Made by a program: the position numbers and the translations under genes
The notes under the pieces: model-generated
The model's input: only the letters and a program-made list of their open reading frames with translations
What the model was told of the DNA's origin: nothing
The model's database searches: none
Source of the DNA: Octopus sinensis
Lineage: Eukaryota
Assembly (NCBI RefSeq): GCF_006345805.1
Contig: NC_042997.1
Span: 207,514,001-207,578,000 of the forward strand
Length of the DNA: 64,000 bases
Reading direction: 5' to 3'
In this document: piece by piece, positions 13,662-26,334 of the stretch
Layout of the letters: each line of letters begins with the position of its first letter
Numbering within the stretch: the first letter of the stretch is position 1

Positions 13662-14490
13662 CAAGTGTTATCATGTACATTGTTTTGTCTTGGTATAAAA
13701 GATGGGCTGCAGCAAATATTCTGCTCAATACCACAGATTTGCTTGTCAGTTGTTTGACCTGACGATATGTGCATCTCTGATCATGAGCAGAAGTAGTGGG
13801 GGAGCATCATAGCCATGTGTTGAGAGGAATTCTTTGGAGTTTGAATAATTCACCTCTGGAAGCATGGGTGTTTCGTTCATCATCTTTAAACAACCCTTAT
13901 TCAGGGACCTTTTAAGCAGGATGGGCTACTTGATCTGAAGAAAACTCTAACTGAGCCTCCACCTGCAAGGTCATGCATTCTTTATCTTGATATGAGATCA
14001 GCATGTCATGTACATATGGTTGTGATGCATGTACCTGGTGTACCCATATCAGACGGGCGGGGAAGCACTCCGTCGGTTACGACGACGAGGGTTCTGGTTG
14101 ATCCGAATCAACGGAACAGCCTGCTCGTGAAATTAATGTGTAAGTGGCTGAGCACTCCACAGACACGTGTACCCTTAACGTAGTTCTCGGGGATATTCAG
14201 CGTGACACAGAGAGTGACAAGGCCGGCCCTTTGAAATACAGGTAAAACAGAAACAGGAAGTAAGAGTGAGAGAAAGTTGTGGTGAAAGAGTACAGCAGGG
14301 AACACCACCATCCCCTGCCAGAGCCTCGTGGAGCTTTAGGTGTTTTCGCTCAATAAACACTCACAACGCCCGGTCTGGGAATCGAAACCGCGATCCTACG
14401 ATAAGATGGGTAGTCATGATGGGTATACTGGACTTCATATATTTGTATCACAGTGTCACTTTGATGACACACACTGCTCTCTCACTCATT
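13662..14490 (+). mobile_element. Second copy of the 12091-12588 repeat, interrupted by a SINE
   Basis: Colinear with 12091-12588 apart from a short deletion and the insertion at ~14058-14400. Confidence 0.7.
14058..14400 (-). mobile_element. tRNA-derived SINE
   Basis: Reverse strand reads ggtttcgattcccagaccggg (B-box-like) at the head; flanked by imperfect direct repeats atcagacggg / ataagatggg. Confidence 0.7.
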
Positions 14491-14699
14491 AATAGTAATA
14501 AGGGCGTTGATATTGGTAATTGGATGTTGAATGTCTCCCATAATAATTAACAACCAAGTATAAAAGTGTATAATGTGTGGAAAGAGAACCTGTGAGATCT
14601 CGAACAGCAAGTTACTCTCAGCTCTCACAGAATCGACCAGAATAAACAAGACTGAACATTCTGAAAAATAAAACAATAAAAATAATAATTATAATTTAA

Positions 14700-14990
14700 G
14701 AATGATCCCTGGTTTACCATCCATGCAGGAAGTGCTAAAGATGGACTTAACTGGTAACTGGTCGCACGTTGCTGTGAATTTTCTTTCCTTTTTTCCCCTT
14801 TATTTTCTTTGTTTACTTTTTATCTTTCTCTATGTCTTTCTTCCCCTTTTTCTCTATCACATGACTTTGTAAATGAATAATCTGGTGTGTTTAATTTAAT
14901 GGCTTACCAATGTATACAATGAGTTTCTCTGCCCTAGGTGTCAGGAAGACACCCAGCAAGAAATGGAAACAGAATTGAAAAATATTAATG
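14700..14990 (+). mobile_element. R4/Dong-clade 3' end, same family as 11145-11400
   Basis: gatccctgg.ttaccatcca.gcaggaagtgctaaag and ctctgccctaggtg.caggaagacacccagcaagaaatggaaacagaattgaaa shared with 11145-11400. Confidence 0.75.
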
Positions 14991-15175
14991 ATGATAATAA
15001 TAATGATAATAGCAATGAACAGGTAATTATCCAGTACAGAGGACTGGATGCTGTGGCTTGTGGGCAAACATGAAAGCAGCAGAAAATCACATCAAATTGT
15101 AAAAGAAACTTACAAATTCATAAGGGAACTTGATATTAATCCTGAAATAGTTGAAGAAACTGAAACCACTGCCAC

Positions 15176-17846
15176 ATCATCATCATCATCATCATCATCA
15201 TTTAGCGTCCGTTTTCCATGCTAGCATGGGTTGGACGGTTCAACTGGGGTCTGGGGAGCCCGAAGGCTGCACCAGGCCAGTCAGATCTGGCAGTGTTTCT
15301 ACAGCTGGATGCCCTTCCTAACGCCAACCACTCCGAGAGTGTAGTGGGTGATTTTATGTGCCACCGACACAGGTGCCAGACGAGGCTGGCGAACGGCCAC
15401 GCTCGGATGGTGTTTTTATGTGCCACCGACACAGGTGCCAGACGAGGCTGGCAGACGGCCACGCTCGGATGGTGTTTTTATGTGCCACCGACACAGGTGC
15501 CAGATGAGGCTGGCGGACGGCCACGATCGGATGGTGTTTGTTACGTCCCCAAAGCACGGAGGCCAGTCTATGCGGTACTGGCTACGGCCACGTTCGGATG
15601 ATTTTCTTGTGTGCCACCGGCACTGGTACCACAAAGATACAAATTCCATTTATGTTCATCTATTTTGATTTGTTTTGATTTGATTTGATTTGATTTGATT
15701 TGATTTGATTTTCACTTGCCTCAACAGGTCTTCACAAGTGTCACAAGAAGGAAGGTATGCATAGGTGGACTGTCTACGTCGCCGGGTCTTCGGATGGTGT
15801 CTTTATGTGCCACCGACACAGCGGTACTGGAACCACAAAGATACAAATTCCATTGATGTTCATCTATTTTGATTTGGTTTGATTTCACTTGCCTCAACAG
15901 GTCTTCACAAGTGTCACGCGTGTCACACACTTGCCTCAACAGGTCTCCACAAGTGTCACACACTTGCCTCTGCCTCAACAGGTCTTCACAAAGTGTCACA
16001 CACTTGCCTCTGCCTCAACAGGTCTTCACAAGTGTCATAAGAGGGAAGGTAAGCACAGGTGGACTGACTACGTCGCCGGGTCTTTGGATGGTGGTGGTGT
16101 TTTTATGTGCCACCGACACAGGTGCCAGGTGAGGCTGGTGAACGGCCACGATCAGATGGTGTTTGTTGTGCCCACAGCACGGAGGCCAGTCGACGGCCAC
16201 GTTCGGATGGTTTTCTTGTGTGCCACCGGTACTGGAACCACAAAGATACAAATTCCATTGATATTCATCTATTTGATTTGGTTTGATTTTCACTTGCCTC
16301 AACAGGTCTTCACAAGGGTCACACACTTGCCTCAACCGGTCTCCACAAGTGTCACACACTTGCCTCTGCCTCAACAGGTCTTCACAAGTGTCACACACTT
16401 GCCTCAACAGGTCTTCACAAGTGTCATAAGAGGGAAGGTATGCACAGGTGGACTGACTACGTCGCCGGGTCTTCGGATGGTGTCTTTATGTGCCACCGGC
16501 ACAGGCGCCAGATGAGGCTGGCGAACGGCCACGATCGGATGGTGGTGTTGTTGTGCCCACAGCACGGAGGCCAGTCGATGCGGTACTGGTTACGGCCACG
16601 TTTGGGTGGTTTTCTTGTGTGCCACCGGCACTGGTACCACGAAGAATACAATTCCACTGATGTTCATCTATTTTGATTTGTTTTGATTTGATTTGATTTT
16701 CACTTGCCTCAACAGGTCTTCATAAGTGTCACAAGAAGGAAGGTATGCACAGGACTGACTACGTCCCCGGTCGGGGCCACGGGTTATGGCCTGACTAGTC
16801 TTGCCGGGTCTTCTCATGCACAGCATACTTCCATAGGTCTCGGTCTCTAGACATTTCCTTAGTGAGACCTAAAGTTCGAAGGTCGTGCTTCACCACCTCG
16901 TCCCAGGTTTTCCTGGGTCTACCTCTTCCACAGGTTCCCTCCACTGCTAGGGTGTAGCACTTTTGCACACAACTATCTTCAGCCTTTCTTGTCACATGAC
17001 CATACCAGCGCAGCCGTCTCTCTTGCACGCCACAACTGACGCTTCTTAGGTTCAACTTTTCTCTCAAGGAACTTACACTCTGACGATTATGAACACTGAC
17101 ATTACACATCCATCGGAGCATACTGGCTTCATTTCTTGCGAGCTTACGCATATCCTCAGCAGTCACGGCCCATGTTTCACTACCATGTAGCATGGCTGTA
17201 CGTACACATGCATCATACAGTCTGCCTTTTACTCTGAGCGAGAGGCCTTTTGTCACCAGCAGGGGTAAGAGCTCTCTAAACTTTGCCCAGGCTATTCTTA
17301 CTCTAGCAGTTACACTTTCAGCACACCCCACCCCCGCTACTGACTTGGTCTCCTAGGTAGCGGAAGCTATCAACTACTTCTAGTTTGTCTCCCTGGAACG
17401 TGGCAGAAGTTGGTCTCTGCATATTTCCAGTGTTTATTGCTCCTGAGCATTTGCCACAGACAAAAACTATTTTCCTAGTTAGCCTTCCTTTGACATTGCT
17501 GCACCTCTTATGTGTCCATAGCTTACACTTGGTGCATCTTATAGAGTTTCTACCTACACCTTTTTTACAGATCGAGCAGGGCCATCTACCTGAAGGCGTT
17601 TGTGATTGATCTACCTTCCTACTTATTAGAACTTTGGTTTTGGCTAGGTTGATTCTAAGGCCCTTCGATTCTAATCCTTGTTTCCACACCTGAAACTTCT
17701 CCTCCAGTTCTGATAGTGACTCAGCAATTAGAGCAAGGTCATCAGCATAGAGGAGCTCCCAGGGGCAACCTGTCTTGAATTCCTCCGTTATTGCCTGGAG
17801 GACTATGATAAATAGGAGGGGACTGAGGACTGACTTGGTGGACCCC
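15176..17846 (-). mobile_element. RTE-clade LINE, 5'-truncated within RT, with long tandemly repetitive 3'UTR and (ATG)n tail
   Basis: SVLSPLLF..WELLYADDLAL RT motifs, Cys-rich CSIC..CTKC..HKRC..CGKC, FRYLGD, LRWYGHV..RGRPRKTW; 62-bp UTR repeats; (CAT)n at 15176-15200. Confidence 0.92.
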
Positions 17847-17849
17847 AAA

Positions 17850-18552
17850 ACAAGCAAAATGGATCAAGCAGACTGCAAAAAAGAATGGGCAGAAACAAAT
17901 TGTGGAGTGATGGAGTTAGAAGCCTCAGCATGGGTGGTATATGCTTCAAAGTCGAAATGCTGATATAGTTCAAGCAACAACCCATCAGTGGCTGAGAAGA
18001 TCAGGACTGAAAGCAGAGACTGAAGGCTTCAAATTGGCAGCACAAGACCAAAGTTTGCTCACAAAAATCTACCGGGCTAATGTTCTTCAAAACAGTTCTG
18101 ACCCTAAATGCAGATTCTGTGACACATTTGATGAAACAACAGACCATCTCATCTCAGGATGTCCTATACTGACACCAAACGAATATAAAAATCACCACGA
18201 TAGGGTAGGACAGTATTTAAATTGGAAAATATATAAACACTACAAAACCATCACTCCTGTTTACTGGCATGAACAGCATCCTGAGCCAGTCGTTGAAGGT
18301 AAAAATGTCTCTATCCTCTGAGATTTTCCAGTCATCACTGACAGAACGATCCGGGCTAATCGACAAGACATAATTATTAAAGACATGGAAGAAAACACTT
18401 GTACCCTAATAGATGTAAGTGTTCCCACAGATAAACATATATCTGTCAAGGAAATTGCCAAACTGAGTAAATATAAGGACCTGGAAATTGAAATACAAAA
18501 GATGTGGCATTTTAAAACGAGAACTGTTCCTGTTATTTTAGGTGCCCTATGG
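17850..18552 (+). mobile_element. R4/Dong-clade 3' fragment
   Basis: WLRRSGLKAETEGF.LAAQDQ, CRFC..ETTDHLISGC..HDRVG, LIDVSVP..KYKDLEIEIQKMW. Confidence 0.85.
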
Positions 18553-18591
18553 GAAGGAATATATTCACAGACACGATAGAGTTGGGACCTA

Positions 18592-19147
18592 TTGGGTTGT
18601 CCGGAAAGTTTTTAAAGGAAAGGAAAAGGTCAATAAATACTTGCCATGACATTTTTAATCAACCAAATATAAACCATTTTGTTGCACAATGCGTCTCCAT
18701 CCTTCCTTTAACTTGAAAATACCCTTTTCCCAGAATTGACGTGGTTTCATGGCAAAGAATTCATCAAGGTATCTTTTTACGTCATCCAAGGATTTGAAAT
18801 TTTTGCCATTATGACTAGTCTACAGAGACCTGAATAAGTGGAAATCCAAAGGAGCAATATCTGGTAAATATGGAGGGTGGGGTAACACATCCCAGCCAAG
18901 ATGCAGCAATTTTTGTCTGGTTCCCAAAGCATCAAGTGCTGAAAATGAACTTTCTTATCTTCCATTTTAAAGGGTTACAGAATTAACACAGGTTATAGGA
19001 ACATAAACCTTCTTCCACGAAAAGATAGCTTAAACTGTGCTCTAAACGGAGGTGTAGTCCAATCCTATTTTATGGACTCAGCCATGTTCTAAAATAAGTC
19101 TAAAGGTAAGCTACTATAAATCGGCACAAACTTTCTGGACAACCCAA
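18592..19147 (-). mobile_element. Internally deleted mariner element inserted in an R4 fragment
   Basis: TIRs ttgggttgtccggaaagttt / aaactttctggacaacccaa, TA duplication, transposase remnant MEDKKVHF.HLMLWE..HP.YSPD.AP.D.HLF; splits R4 codons RHDRVGT|YIHW. Confidence 0.9.
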
Positions 19148-19149
19148 TA

Positions 19150-19600
19150 CATACATTGGTATAGGCACACACCAGAAAATGTCACAGAAAACGAGAAAGT
19201 AACCATACTCTGGGATATGTCAATACACACAGAAAGAGAAATTTAGACCAATAGGCTGGATATAGTTGTCAGAGATCATCAAGTAAGAAAAATGCTTTCT
19301 AATTGATGTAATAATAGATGACAAATAGAGGTAACCAGAATGTGGAATCTAAAAACAGAAATAATTCCTATCATAGTAGGTGCATTAGGCATGATAAAAA
19401 ATATTCAGACCAATACATAACAAAAACACCAGGACTTACAAACACATATAACATACAGAAAATTGCACTACTAGGCACTGCACACATCCTACTTAATATA
19501 ATTTCAATACAGTAACCATCAGAGCATCTCAACAAAACACAACACATACCCAAGGCACATAGAGCTGCACTTTGTAGTGAAGTGAAAGCATGCAACTACA
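19150..19600 (+). mobile_element. R4/Dong-clade 3' fragment (same family as 9165-9670)
   Basis: Nucleotide similarity to 9165-9650 including the 3'UTR gtagtgaagtgaaagca. Confidence 0.8.
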
Positions 19601-19989
19601 AAAAATAACAACAACAACAACAATAATAATGATGCTAATAACAGCAGGACCCACAGAATGCAACCTCTGCAAAGGCAACCCCCCCCCCCGTCCCAATGAT
19701 TAACCAGAGATGATTTTTAAACTGAGAATATTTGAAATAAACTCAATTGCTCTCACAAACGAGAAACACTAAAAATGAACCCAACCGCTTCCAAAATGAA
19801 GTTAAAAAACAGGTAAACTATTTGAGAATCCTTGTACCATGTCGACACCAAAATCTAATCAGCTCATGCCAAGCATTGCTGAAAGTTTCATACGAATCCA
19901 TCCAGCAGTTCTTTAGATATCTTGTCCATAGACAAACAAACGAACAGGACTGAAAACAATATCTCTGACTTCGCTAAGGCAGAGGTAAT

Positions 19990-20590
19990 AACAATTGGCA
20001 CAACGTGAAAACGGAAGACAACATGACAATGTGGCAAGAATGATACATTGGAAGCTCTGTGGAAATCACGGCTTACAAAGAGCGAAGACATGGTATGAGA
20101 AAACCCCAGAAGGAGTCATTGAGAATGAGAAGGGCAAAATCCTGTGGGATGTAACGATCCAGTGTGATTATCTGACCAGACATAGGAAATTGCTGTGGTG
20201 AATAAAAAAAAGAACATGTGTGATTATCAACACAACAGGCCCCGCTAACAACAGGATCAATATGGAAGAAGAGAAAATAAGCAACTATGACTATTTAAAG
20301 TAGGAAATACGAAGGTTGTAGTCAATGAAAAGCGTAGACATGGTACCAATAGTAACTGGTGCACCTGGAAGAATCAGTACTCAACTACCAGCATGGCTGA
20401 AAAAGATTGGTGCAAGTGTGAAGGTAGAACACCTATAAAAATCAGCATTGCTTGGCACTGCAAGAATTCCTCGCAGAGTTATTGAAGCATGACCAATAAA
20501 CAAGTGTTACCTTAGTCTGCTGGCTGTGGACAACCGATGCTTTCCAACATACCCAGCAAAATAAGCTGTGAGTTTTCATCAAATAAAACT
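19990..20590 (+). mobile_element. R4/Dong-clade 3' fragment
   Basis: RQHDNVARMIHWKLC..WYEKTPEGVIENEKGKILWD; TAA tail. Confidence 0.8.
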
Positions 20591-20599
20591 AATGATAAT

Positions 20600-23500
20600 A
20601 ATAATTCTTTCTTTATTGGCCACCAGGGTCAAACACAAAACATACAGGTCGATACACAGATGAGGAACAGTGGGGCTAAACGTGTAACAGCAAAACAAAA
20701 ACAATTAACAAGGAGATTAAAACAACAATGTACTTCCCCAATAGAGGGGGATGGGGTCCTTCCACGAAGCGGTGACCAAAGGAACCTCACACACTTTCGG
20801 CCCCCTAACATCAAAGGCACCTCATGTAGGCACCCCTCTCCTCCTCATTCCATCTGGTCTACAGGCACACACTTAGAGTAGGCCCGTTTACATGGGCCAT
20901 TCTTGCCACATTCACCCATGATTCAACAAACTTACTGGGTGACAGTTCTTACCTCTCCGGCATCACTTTCCTTTTCAGACGGAACTTGAAAAGAACAATG
21001 AGGCCATGGCCAAAGAGGAAGGTACCCATCTTCAACTTTTTCAATCACGTCCACCACGCAACCTCCTTCACCATAGCCACCAGACAGAGAAAAACGGCCT
21101 GTCCTTCCCAGTCAAAAGAAGGAGGCACAGTAATTTTCATAATGGGTTCGGATGATAGCCAAATCCGTCTTATATGCGACAATAACTGTTCGACAAAGCT
21201 CTACAAGTCAGCAATGTGTGGATACAGTACGAGAGCATATAGAATGGTTTCATCGCACTTGCATGCATCTCAGACAAGCCTGTCTGGTTGCACAGATGCT
21301 TATTGTAGACCAGCAGAGCCCTCCAGTAGCACTGCCAGGCCAGGGATTTCAGGAAGTTATCCATAGACCCCAGCCCAAAAGTCCACTGGAAGAGACCAGC
21401 CAGTCGATCATTCTCAATGCTCAGATCCTCACCAAGTATGTCATCACTCTTGCCCTCCACTAATCCCCTACAGAACTCTAAAGTGGAACTTCCACCCACC
21501 ACATTATTCAACTGGCCAATGGCTGCGAGTGCTTGCAGACACTCTAGGTGCCAAGTGCATTGCCTCAGTCTACTCCTCATCCAAGACTATCGCCCTACCA
21601 AGGAGACGATTTGCAGAAAAACATGTCCACCCTGATAAGATCTGGATGACCCAATGCTGTTTGTGCATGCCAACACTGGGGCATATGGGTAATCAAGTCT
21701 GATCTTGTCAGCCAGTTGGAAACAAATGAACAGGATTGCAAGGCTTGTGAACACCACACTTTCCGATCTGCTAGCCCCATCCAATACACATGGACATCCA
21801 AGATGGTATTCCTAAGAGAGGAATGTCCCTAGAAAGACCTCCAAATGTTTGAAGAAATTCGGCTACCCCGATCCTGTCGGAGCATACACAACGACCAGTC
21901 TGAAAGCACTGCCTTCATTATTGTTCCCTTCCAGGAACACCAACTTACTTTCTGGGTCCAAGAAGACCAACTGTATCTTAGGATGCAAGACTGTTCTGAA
22001 CAACGCCCACCCACTATTCCTGGTTGACTAAGAGACAAAAAGATCTCAAAATCATCAAAATTGGGTGCTAAGGTGCACGGGTTTGCGATCCTGGTCTCAC
22101 TGATGGCTATTACATTTAAATTCAGCCACCTCAGGTCATTGAGCAAGTGACCTTGCTTCCAGGATGACCTCACCACATACATTAATGCAACCCACTCTTA
22201 GTGCTGCCATATTGGCCTAAAAGAAAGGAAAGAAAGATGAGGAGTGTTACTTAACCTCCTGGTGCTGTTGGAGATCACATGGTCTCACCTCTATTTCTTT
22301 GTTGGTCTGCGTTGGGAACACTTATAGAATCCTTGTATTGGCATTTACTTGAGAGATTCCTACATCGTCTAGAAGGGCATCCCTAATTGTTTGGAAAGTG
22401 TCCAAATCCATCCTCCCTATCATTAAGTCTTTTGGCACATGGCATGTGTTAGTCCAAGAAGATTCTCACCCCCCCCCGTACATTTTCCAATGACTCTCCT
22501 TTGTGATAAGATGGCCATCAGTTCTTTGCTGGCCCTCCTTACTGACACAGAGTGAGCTGCCTGTGTCACTGTTTTTTGCTGTTCTTGTTGCGTTGGTGGT
22601 GTAAGTTTGCTTTTGGGATTTTTTCCTGTCTGCAGTGGAGTTCTTGGTGCTTGTGGCGCTTTAGTTGATGATTGTGATGCTGCAGGAGTTGTCTGGGTGT
22701 GTGGTGTGTTGTGTGTGTGTGTGTGTGTGTAGTTCCTTTGCTATCTTGTTTTGGTGCAGGGTAAGATGTCTTGCCTTTGTGGCTTCTTTTCGGTTGTTTT
22801 TCTAGTTTCTCTGATCCCTGTCCTCATCACCTTTCATTATGGTAGAACCAGTGTCTGTTTAACCTCCTCCGCTCTCCTGTGCAAGTGAATTCGTGTTTGT
22901 ATGTGTATCTTTTTTCTGCATGCTTGTCTGTCAGTGGTGGGGTTGTTGAGGCTGGTTGCAAGGTGTTGGTTTTCATGGTTGACCTCTCCGACGGTTTTCC
23001 TGCTGGTGCTGTTGTTACACCTGCCGCCACCATTGTTGCTGTTTTTGCCGCCTTTCCTGTTGTTCATGGTGATGTCTTTTGTTTTCCCAGCCTTAGTCAA
23101 CGGAAGGTCCCCACATCCCTGTAACGTTTTGATGAGGGCAGCATGCTTGTAGGTGTGTTGCATCACCACAAGCAAAGCAATGAGTCATACAGCGCTCAGT
23201 GATCAAATGTAATTTCGTCCCCTCTTTGAGGCAGACATGGTCTGGGATGTTCTCCAAGGCTTATGGTTTTATTTGGATTAGCAATTCCAAATCCATCCCA
23301 ATCTTGTCTTCTCTTTGCATCCGTTGAACTTTAAGGAGGAAGGTGTTGCTGCTCTCCACAATCACACATCTCAACCATCTCCAGATATTGATACCTGGTG
23401 TTACTCTGGGGATTCAAACTTTTATTGTTTGTGGTGCCCATGTAGGGCAGGCACATTATAAGCTGGTCAGTTTTACCGGGTCCCAATGAATACTTCATGG

Positions 23501-23865
23501 CCAGCTCTTCTGTTTTAAAAAGGACCGAGATGGTACCAAAACTCAGGGCCCTTCTTGATTGACCTCAGTACCATCTCCACTTGAAGAAGGTAGGAGTGTT
23601 GTTCTGCACTCCGAGTCTGTACTGAGACACACTTATACTTCACTGTTCTCTTCTCAGTTTCTACCTCTACTTTGGTTGGGATTGCAAGGTTAGCCCAGGT
23701 TCTTTCTCTTTTGATGAGTTTGTGCGCCAGGGTTAACATCTGTTTTTTTGTTGGCGGTGTCTATCTCATAGTACTTTTGTTGGCATTTCGCAGCTGCTGC
23801 AAAGGTCCTTGTTCTGCTCTCACAGTTGATGGTGGTGATGGAATCGTTCATGCTGTTACTGCTAT
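20600..23865 (-). mobile_element. L1/Tx1-clade LINE, internally deleted (ORF1 remnant, APE endonuclease start, ORF2 C-terminus)
   Basis: MAALRVGCINV..LNVIAISETR APE motif at ~22210-22090; C-terminal MDNFLKSLAWQ; A-rich tail with aataaa near 20610. Confidence 0.75.
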
Positions 23866-24140
23866 GAAGGAGGAGGAGGTGGAGGAGAAGGAGAAGGAGG
23901 AGGAGGAGGAGAAGAAGAAGAAGGAGAAGGAGAGGAAGGAGGAGGAGCAGAAAGAGAAGAAGAAGAAGAAGAAGAAGAAGGAGGAGGAGAGGAAGGAGGT
24001 GGAGAAGGAAGAGGAGGAGGAGCAGAAGAAGAAGAAGAAGAAGAAGAAGAAGAAGAAGAAGAAGAAGAAGAAGAAGAAGAAGAAGAAGAGACATATTTTT
24101 TCCTAATTAAAATTTAAGATAAAAAAAGGAAAATATTTAC

Positions 24141-24192
24141 CTGATGATGTATCTAAACCCCTCCTGTTTCCTTGGAAATATTCTTTAAATTC
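24141..24192 (-). CDS. 52-nt exon of PARP14/PARP9/PARP15-like macrodomain gene (post-macrodomain linker, duplicated copy): EFKEYFQGNRRGLDTSS
   Basis: ttctaacag acceptor and gtaaat donor; phase 0 start fits the phase 0 end of exon 46472-46245; paralog of 57433-57382. Confidence 0.65.
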
Positions 24193-24870
24193 CTGTTAGA
24201 AGTAATCAAATAATTTATCATCGCTCAATGAAAAACATAATTTCATAATTAATTTCTGTTAATTTCAATGCAATGCTTTTATTCATTGCTTCTATCTTGA
24301 ATGTTGTTTTGAATTTACATTTGTATTCATTGTATTATAAAACCCTGTCTTACGAAGGACAGGCTTTCGAATATTCTGTAGTTTGGGGAGGAATTGTTAC
24401 TTAAAGAATAAGAAAATATTATTCATGGAATTGGAATTGCTTTTGAGACTCCATGTTATGCCCAAACATCAGCTTAATTCCTCATTATTTTCAAAACTGT
24501 TTAAAACAAAGGAAGAACATTTCTGTTGAAACAGACTGGCTTTGAGTAAATACCAGTGAATTACTGGTATGTCAACAGTGCTTTACTTCAATGCTACATA
24601 TACTGTCCTACAGAGTATATCTGCAGATGTGTAACCAACACTGTAGGTATAGATAAAAGGAGAAAGAAGAAAAGGAACGGGTCCAGCCAAACAATCTTTT
24701 TCTGTCCCCAACACATATTGTATACAGAAAGTGTTTATATGACACTCAGTTTATATACACTCGTCTTGCTTACACCCATCTATGCATAGACAATATAGTT
24801 TATAGAGACATGATGTTTACATTAGTCTCTCTCTCTCTGTTTCTCTCTCTCTCCCTCTCTCTCATATATA

Positions 24871-25762
24871 CAGGGTGTTTCAAAAAAATTTATATCATTT
24901 TGCAATCTAATAACTTTGCCAGTTCTTGTTCATATGACTTCACATTTTCACAGCATTTGTAGAAATACATCAAAATTTTATGTTTAACGTTTGATGTGTT
25001 TAACATTTCAGGTATAGAAATGGCATTCACTGGAAGAGAAAAGGCGTTTTGTGTGTTGGAGTGTTCTCGAACACAGTCGAACAAAACTGTGCAGCATGCA
25101 TGGGTGAGAGAATTCTCTAAAAAGTCACCAACGGCAATGTGTATTTCGACATGGCACAAACATTGCAAAGAGGAAGGCTGTCTGTGCAGGGCAAAAGCAT
25201 CTGGATGACCACTAACATTGGAAGAGATGGTCAAGCGGGATCACCAGAAACTCTTGCAAAGCCCCAAGAAGACCATAAGAAGAATAAGTCTGGAAACCCA
25301 GATTCCTCCAACGACAGTTTGGCGCGTCTTGAGGAAACGCTTGCTAATGAAACCCTACAAGCTGCAGCTCGTTCAGGCCATAACAGCAGGTGACAAGCGA
25401 AAGCACAAACATGGGGCTATGTGAAGGGCCAGGTCTATGTCCCCCCTCTCTTCCTGCAAACCCAGAGAAACTTTAGCAGAGAATCCCTACTGTACTGCAG
25501 ACTGTTATCCCAAAAATGCTGCAGCATGTCTGGCAGGAGCTGGACTACCGACTTGACATGTGCCAAGTCTCAGACGTTGCGCATTTTGAACATTTGTGAA
25601 AGCGTTCATGGAATCCACATTCCTTTCAATTTTTCATTCAAATATGGAGGAATAAATCTGATGATGCTCCAACGTTATACCTGTTTAGTTTCATTTGCTT
25701 TGACTACGCAGTTTCTGTGATATTTACATCTCAAATGATATCAAATCTTTTGAAACACCCAG
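24871..25762 (+). mobile_element. Internally deleted Tc1/mariner-superfamily transposon with DUF4817-like N-terminal HTH
   Basis: TIRs cagggtgtttcaaaa / ttttgaaacacccag with flanking TA; EKAFCVLE..SNKTVQ..SPKKTIRRISLETQIP.TTVWRVLRKRL.MKPYKLQLVQ, then a jump to WGYVKGQVY. Confidence 0.88.
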
Positions 25763-26099
25763 TATATGCAGGGAACATGGGTGTTAAACAATAATGCTGA
25801 CGATGATGATAATGACTATATATATATATATCATCATCGTTGTCATCATTAAAATTCCATTTTCCATGCTGGCATGGGTTGAGTGGTTTGACTGGAGACT
25901 GGTCAGGTACAAGACTACACCACGTTACTGTGTCTTATTTAGCAGGCTTTTTAACTTGCAAGACAAGGAACGTGTGAGAGGGGATACAGCATTGGAGGTG
26001 ATTTTGTAGCAGATGAAGGAAGGGTAGAAAGTGAGAGAGAGAGAGAGAGAGACAGAAACAAGTGTGTTGGTGTAAAAGAGATGCATGGTTACTTAGTCA

Positions 26100-26146
<47 letters not shown>

Positions 26147-26334
26147 AGTGATCAAAATTAAGGTCAGCAACGCATGTGTTGCTGTAGAGGAGATACGGGG
26201 TCAAGCAGTCTGCAGGATAGAGCAGGAGGAAGATAATGAATGCAAGAGAGCAGGAGAGAGATGCCAGCGCATGCTCACAAGGAAAAGGGATCAGAATATA
26301 AAGGGGATAGTAGAGAAAGGGAGAGATAAGTGAT

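Noticed and set aside
9594-13774. Poly-I/L/N/M ORFs
   Set aside because: Translations of (TAA)n and (TGA)n microsatellites
15202-16676. Many overlapping Cys/His-rich ORFs (also 42236-42917)
   Set aside because: Open in several frames on both strands because of non-coding 3'UTR tandem repeats
1-18552. Second set of macrodomain exons expected ~32.5 kb left of 46-47.7 kb
   Set aside because: Duplication homology stops at 18553 and no matching exons were found; downstream exons may lie outside the window or were missed
23672-24106. Poly-K/E/R/S/L ORFs (also 56889-57347 and 60947-61193)
   Set aside because: GAA/GGA microsatellite translations
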